Below are positions 62,201-64,000 of a stretch of DNA of 64,000 nucleotides, in pieces. Below the pieces are notes generated by a model. The model was not told the origin of the DNA. It was given only the letters and a program-made list of their open reading frames with translations, and ran no database searches. The translations under genes were made by a program, and so were the position numbers. The stretch's first letter is position 1; each line of letters opens with the position of its first letter. Source of the stretch: an uncultured Bacillota bacterium (GTDB taxonomy: Bacteria; Bacillota; Clostridia; Christensenellales; UBA1242); the NCBI GenBank assembly GCA_946495675.1, contig CAMMDQ010000003.1, forward strand, positions 67,023 through 131,022, written 5' to 3'.

Positions 62201-64000
62201 CTTCTGAAATTGGTATGGAAAGTGATTATACATATCCTGGCAACAACTCGCTTTTGACGGTCAATTTGCTGCCAGATGATAGCGATTTTGATTATTTGAC
62301 TATTGAAAATGCAACTGAAAACTATAACTATGGCAGTGGTGTTGCAACATTTGCTCTTGCTGGAAGAAAGACAAGCCCCGAAGAAGATGAAAACTTGTTT
62401 GAATCTTCAAAGATCACAGGCTCAGCAACAGCGCGAGGGTTTCTTGTAACCAAAGATGAAATTTTAAATCTTTATCAAAATGAATATCAAACTTACAATG
62501 GAGTGCTTTACTTTATTTATAACATTGGCAATTCCGGAATTGTTGAAAACAATATTTCACGATTTATTGTAAGAGTGTATGATGACGGACGGGTGATTCA
62601 AGAGCAGTATATTGATTTGACCCTTCGTCTTGAAGAATATGTTTCAATTTCAATCGAAGGCAAAGAACCAGAAGTAGGAACAAACACTTATTATGTTGCT
62701 CGCGGGCTTCGTTATAGGCTGCTTATTGACTCTTATGGGTTCAATGAGCAAGACATTGAAATGCCTATTGTTACTGCAGGTTCTGAGTATGGCACTATTG
62801 TTGAAGAAAACGGTGAGTATTATCTTCAAATCACAAGTGCTGACATTGGCACTAATGCCGGAGAGATGAAGATTTCTGTTTCAGCAACCAGAGAAGACGA
62901 TTTGATTTCTGCAAGCCATACAATCACGCTTATCATTATGCAATACGTTGTTGACAGCTCTTTGGGAGACCAAAATGACGAGGATGGCAACAAAGATATA
63001 ATTTCAGGCATGGTTGACGGTGTGATCACAATGCCTATTGGTTCAAGCCGAGCACTGAGCATTGATATATTTGACTATATAGAATATGACAACACAAACC
63101 AAGCTGTTGTAACAATGGTTGAAAATTTTGTCAGAGATCTTACTGCTAATGGAAATTGGTCATATTTCACAAATATTATTCCTGGACAATCTGTTCCTGG
63201 CATTGATGCAGGGCAGGCAAGTTATGAATACGATTTGCCAGTAAATGGTAGCGGAGAAAATTATTATTTCCGATATAACAATCTTGCTATCGTTATGCTG
63301 CGAATCAACGATGCAGATGCAAATCTTTATAATGTCAAATACGAAGGCGGTTTTGTAAGAAATGGCAGCGTTTATCAGGTTGCTACAACTGATAACTCCA
63401 CAACAATCACCACCACAGTGAGATTTGAAGTGTTTGTTTCAAGCAGTGAAGAGTCGCCAATACCTATATTTGACTATCAAGACTTCCTTGATATGCACCA
63501 AGGCGGGCACTATATCTTGCTTAACGATATAATCTTGCCATCTCAGGAATATGTGGAGAATGTTGATGATTCTGTTGAAGTTTACACTCCACAGGCTGCA
63601 ACTTTTGCTTCGCTTGACGGCAATGGGCACTCAATCATCTGGGATGGAACATATGATATGGGATCGTCTTTAGAGCTTGGAGTGTTCACAAGTTTGGCTT
63701 CGGGCAGCATTATTCGCAATGTGAATGTCAGAGTTTTGTCTTCTTATGATGTGGGAAATGCTGACTATGGCGTTGTTTTTGCAACAACGGGCGCCGAGCA
63801 TAGAACAGGACTTCTTGTTGGACGAAACTATGGCAGCATCACAAACTGCAAAGTTTACTCACCAACAAACACTATCTTCACTGTCAACTGTGCTTTAGCT
63901 GACATTGAATCGGCTTATGTTGGCGGTCTTGTTGGAGAAAACAGCGGATTTGTTACAAACTGCACATCTTCAATAAATATCTATGGTTCATTCAATATTG
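56272..64000 (+). CDS. Giant lipoprotein with Ig-like and GLUG/beta-helix modules (at least 2576 aa; 3' end outside the window)
   Basis: AGGAGG plus TTG at 56272; lipobox FASC; Big_2-like AVYPGTTTMTVTTVDGNKS; GLUG-like YIGGLVGANYG, YAGGIAG, YVGGLVGENSG. Frame spot-checked as open to the window end. Confidence 0.92.
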   Translation, partial: MTKTKKINLLICSLLVLLASLFFASCGPKDYSNVSLTSSVSSLSLDVGGEADIVFTINNMLEDMDNALSFSYSTEGVVTEEVVSQNGNHITVQLTAVYPGTTTMTVTTVDGNKSCDVVIQVNKYSSYIRPGQNTLYVSSQSLLQPSANDFVFENETSERDVDFYFYGINNGYTLSLNNVSTLVSGSDGTQVRDFYNNFVSVKLITVQRETEELSYLIFTDKQGNEFTLDSGYADLSLSGNTKYNFLPVENIDGQYYIPEQAFSVGFGDDFAFVANYQNANGEEIYTQRDFVVLKDIDQNAISSEYEYVIFNTNNGEISDEGYFIEGFSQEKITLVPNYTIDYQRDLQVDFKRVKLQITIDGASQLLQSRFSSSNSLNVTQERVTGADQTVFVFTISANTQVEQDINFEVSFFYEGFYGSDDQNVSYTFSMPISIKNKPDSIVISGADFSNTPVSSQTFTFYNHYIESNNVGWQRFYFNVLPIDSQFDNLTIRLQEDDGLIVKYAGQEYTSGDIVVDNLNSFVEFKGRDNAAATTNGQIEIVLNFNLLYQDSLTTTFNYQILQGSTTISYDEDFASFAENGFALSLNNDAQGVNFSDKIYTDAAFGDFAVQLISGLNVVNFLKAEQIYQEINGRYYLNFNLIPTATGNGVYSITLPNGFSIALQVRVVESLNSLSIQTTNHNANMSIVNFDENGALVYARNNTQSIGDRNNFDLEIIANANENSTAMRQLLMTVDQDGQVITFANRNEFYFEVNLNSTGIAIITVTITGYNVENFVIDDNYQLTYTITVISYEYIDNFSVNKLRDGQGSYQTEQTPDGASARYVYIYNNNANSVTRKQAQLQIDVSSFNEQSPAFLFRNPQDSSYVAETFSNKFIAWTVPGYRLLYNGQTVNSMYLRENESSIYQIANSLTGAIIATFDVQELLLTLAADAGGENSFSLVGSIDQYDTPRRSFTINVNVLNYNAVESLSSLSPISSLEFSSLQMQHQINLRVLQNTAINKDVVVSISGASVVYNGTTYRLFGENNQGIEIVQAENNGNIVSITLTADEDFVQAAMREDFFANSTFQATLTIAAADWYDDSGIFIEENRNRLITIPITYANGTEENRFTIDSSEDLAAIGQNLAAHYQVTTTISAEGIDMPLGKLSGSIVGTNDYAIINGVNINSLSGDFGGLFSSIVEGAYIENLTFVGSINIDQTIGNQQNIYIGLIAGENRGRLQNISVRLDQSQISINDVAQDEISSAYIGGLVGANYGEITQDFSESRDYRLYSYMLFSNDFLNIDYSYVNVYAGGIAGYSDGQIKKIDGQPFGGYANYLAYALINTNLTQEGGRSQSYVGAVAGKVVSDKNGHGVIGYNEAAAYTAENYSAGKGVVVGGQVSGLNYVGGAIGQLEIADGITTQPLAGLTTRTFVRALSGMTNAGLFTGEIVNSSTGLTIAPSLYAQTVDDGKTGEASSMLVVYLTESNISGQGITTLEDVTFSEIAFGVQGYNGTTFENAKDHFISYLRRNYNEVADEPLNIIEDDSSLYYGEVCLVRENQVVDNIKFATKGTEADLAITENFYNQMTSTETELDAFFAYYFNAISAQSESDEASLADIQQLLNQNFNTLSMDSELYPIDIKGEITLRSLNTNILEIDQNGRMTMKGTGWVQVSGSSILNINDGVSFYIFITNYFNNDAEISTIYPTASANAEPIDDFTITMYANQSAMLYIRPDYSFDSQLLHIDQTGLANLNNFYFNMAPNTDMSAEIDVSERGVSEPSGDFDVSVSGQTIVITSNNNGNLAQKYDVKIVPIIKGQNQNNKFVAEVNKGRENSIDGTIDYRRGALGIGASRYDDVVISSGSQINETIVVRSTADLATGGAEGEGLQYYLTFNNQVIKSTYDRASVENESMEDLFVVEIGAGSPASSSGEIVKTYNFPLNVSINRDSTAYQNRFNQNIYGEYKLVVLSKTNSDYYVVINIIFENLPLQSILIDNYNNQDQMTSEIGMESDYTYPGNNSLLTVNLLPDDSDFDYLTIENATENYNYGSGVATFALAGRKTSPEEDENLFESSKITGSATARGFLVTKDEILNLYQNEYQTYNGVLYFIYNIGNSGIVENNISRFIVRVYDDGRVIQEQYIDLTLRLEEYVSISIEGKEPEVGTNTYYVARGLRYRLLIDSYGFNEQDIEMPIVTAGSEYGTIVEENGEYYLQITSADIGTNAGEMKISVSATREDDLISASHTITLIIMQYVVDSSLGDQNDEDGNKDIISGMVDGVITMPIGSSRALSIDIFDYIEYDNTNQAVVTMVENFVRDLTANGNWSYFTNIIPGQSVPGIDAGQASYEYDLPVNGSGENYYFRYNNLAIVMLRINDADANLYNVKYEGGFVRNGSVYQVATTDNSTTITTTVRFEVFVSSSEESPIPIFDYQDFLDMHQGGHYILLNDIILPSQEYVENVDDSVEVYTPQAATFASLDGNGHSIIWDGTYDMGSSLELGVFTSLASGSIIRNVNVRVLSSYDVGNADYGVVFATTGAEHRTGLLVGRNYGSITNCKVYSPTNTIFTVNCALADIESAYVGGLVGENSGFVTNCTSSINIYGSFNI

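Noticed and set aside
56948-63630. Short ORFs in the track within 56.9-63.6 kb
   Set aside because: Antisense or out-of-frame shadows of the giant lipoprotein.
1-64000. Mollicute origin or UGA=Trp recoding, suggested by the Mycoplasma-ICE-like genes
   Set aside because: Genes such as ftsH and the GerA and GerC subunits end at TGA, long ORFs are open in the standard code, and sporulation genes are present.

Overview
Chromosomal segment of a low-GC, spore-forming Clostridia-like Firmicute, probably an uncultured gut lineage (inference). It uses the standard genetic code. Most of the window is housekeeping genes (leuS, queH, lepB, hup, ftsH, CCA enzyme, pth, mfd, acpP, fba, hflX, tRNA-Ser) and sporulation genes (GerA/B/C receptor operon, SpoVB-like flippase, spoIIQ-like, spoIIID, BclA-like collagen). 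Two giant ORFs run off the window edges and are absent from the ORF track: a secreted protein of at least 2154 aa (1..6462, minus) and an Ig-like/GLUG lipoprotein of at least 2576 aa (56272..64000, plus). Two results stand out. (1) Type IV secretion/ICE-like parts occur with no mobile-element context: a PrgI/VirB3-VirB4 fusion ATPase directly upstream of the giant lipoprotein, and two VirB2/TrbC-like pilins about 36 kb away among core genes. This suggests a domesticated T4SS-derived surface or pilus system. (2) leuS is preceded by an apparently leaderless Leu-rich leader peptide (MKTNILLALL) with complete 1:2 / 2:3 / 3:4 attenuator pairings instead of a T-box. Also noted: paired Spo0A boxes bracketing the promoter of the first giant gene, several leaderless genes, a degenerate GlmU and a decayed islet at tRNA-Ser. 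All product calls come from motif recognition by eye; no database search was run.
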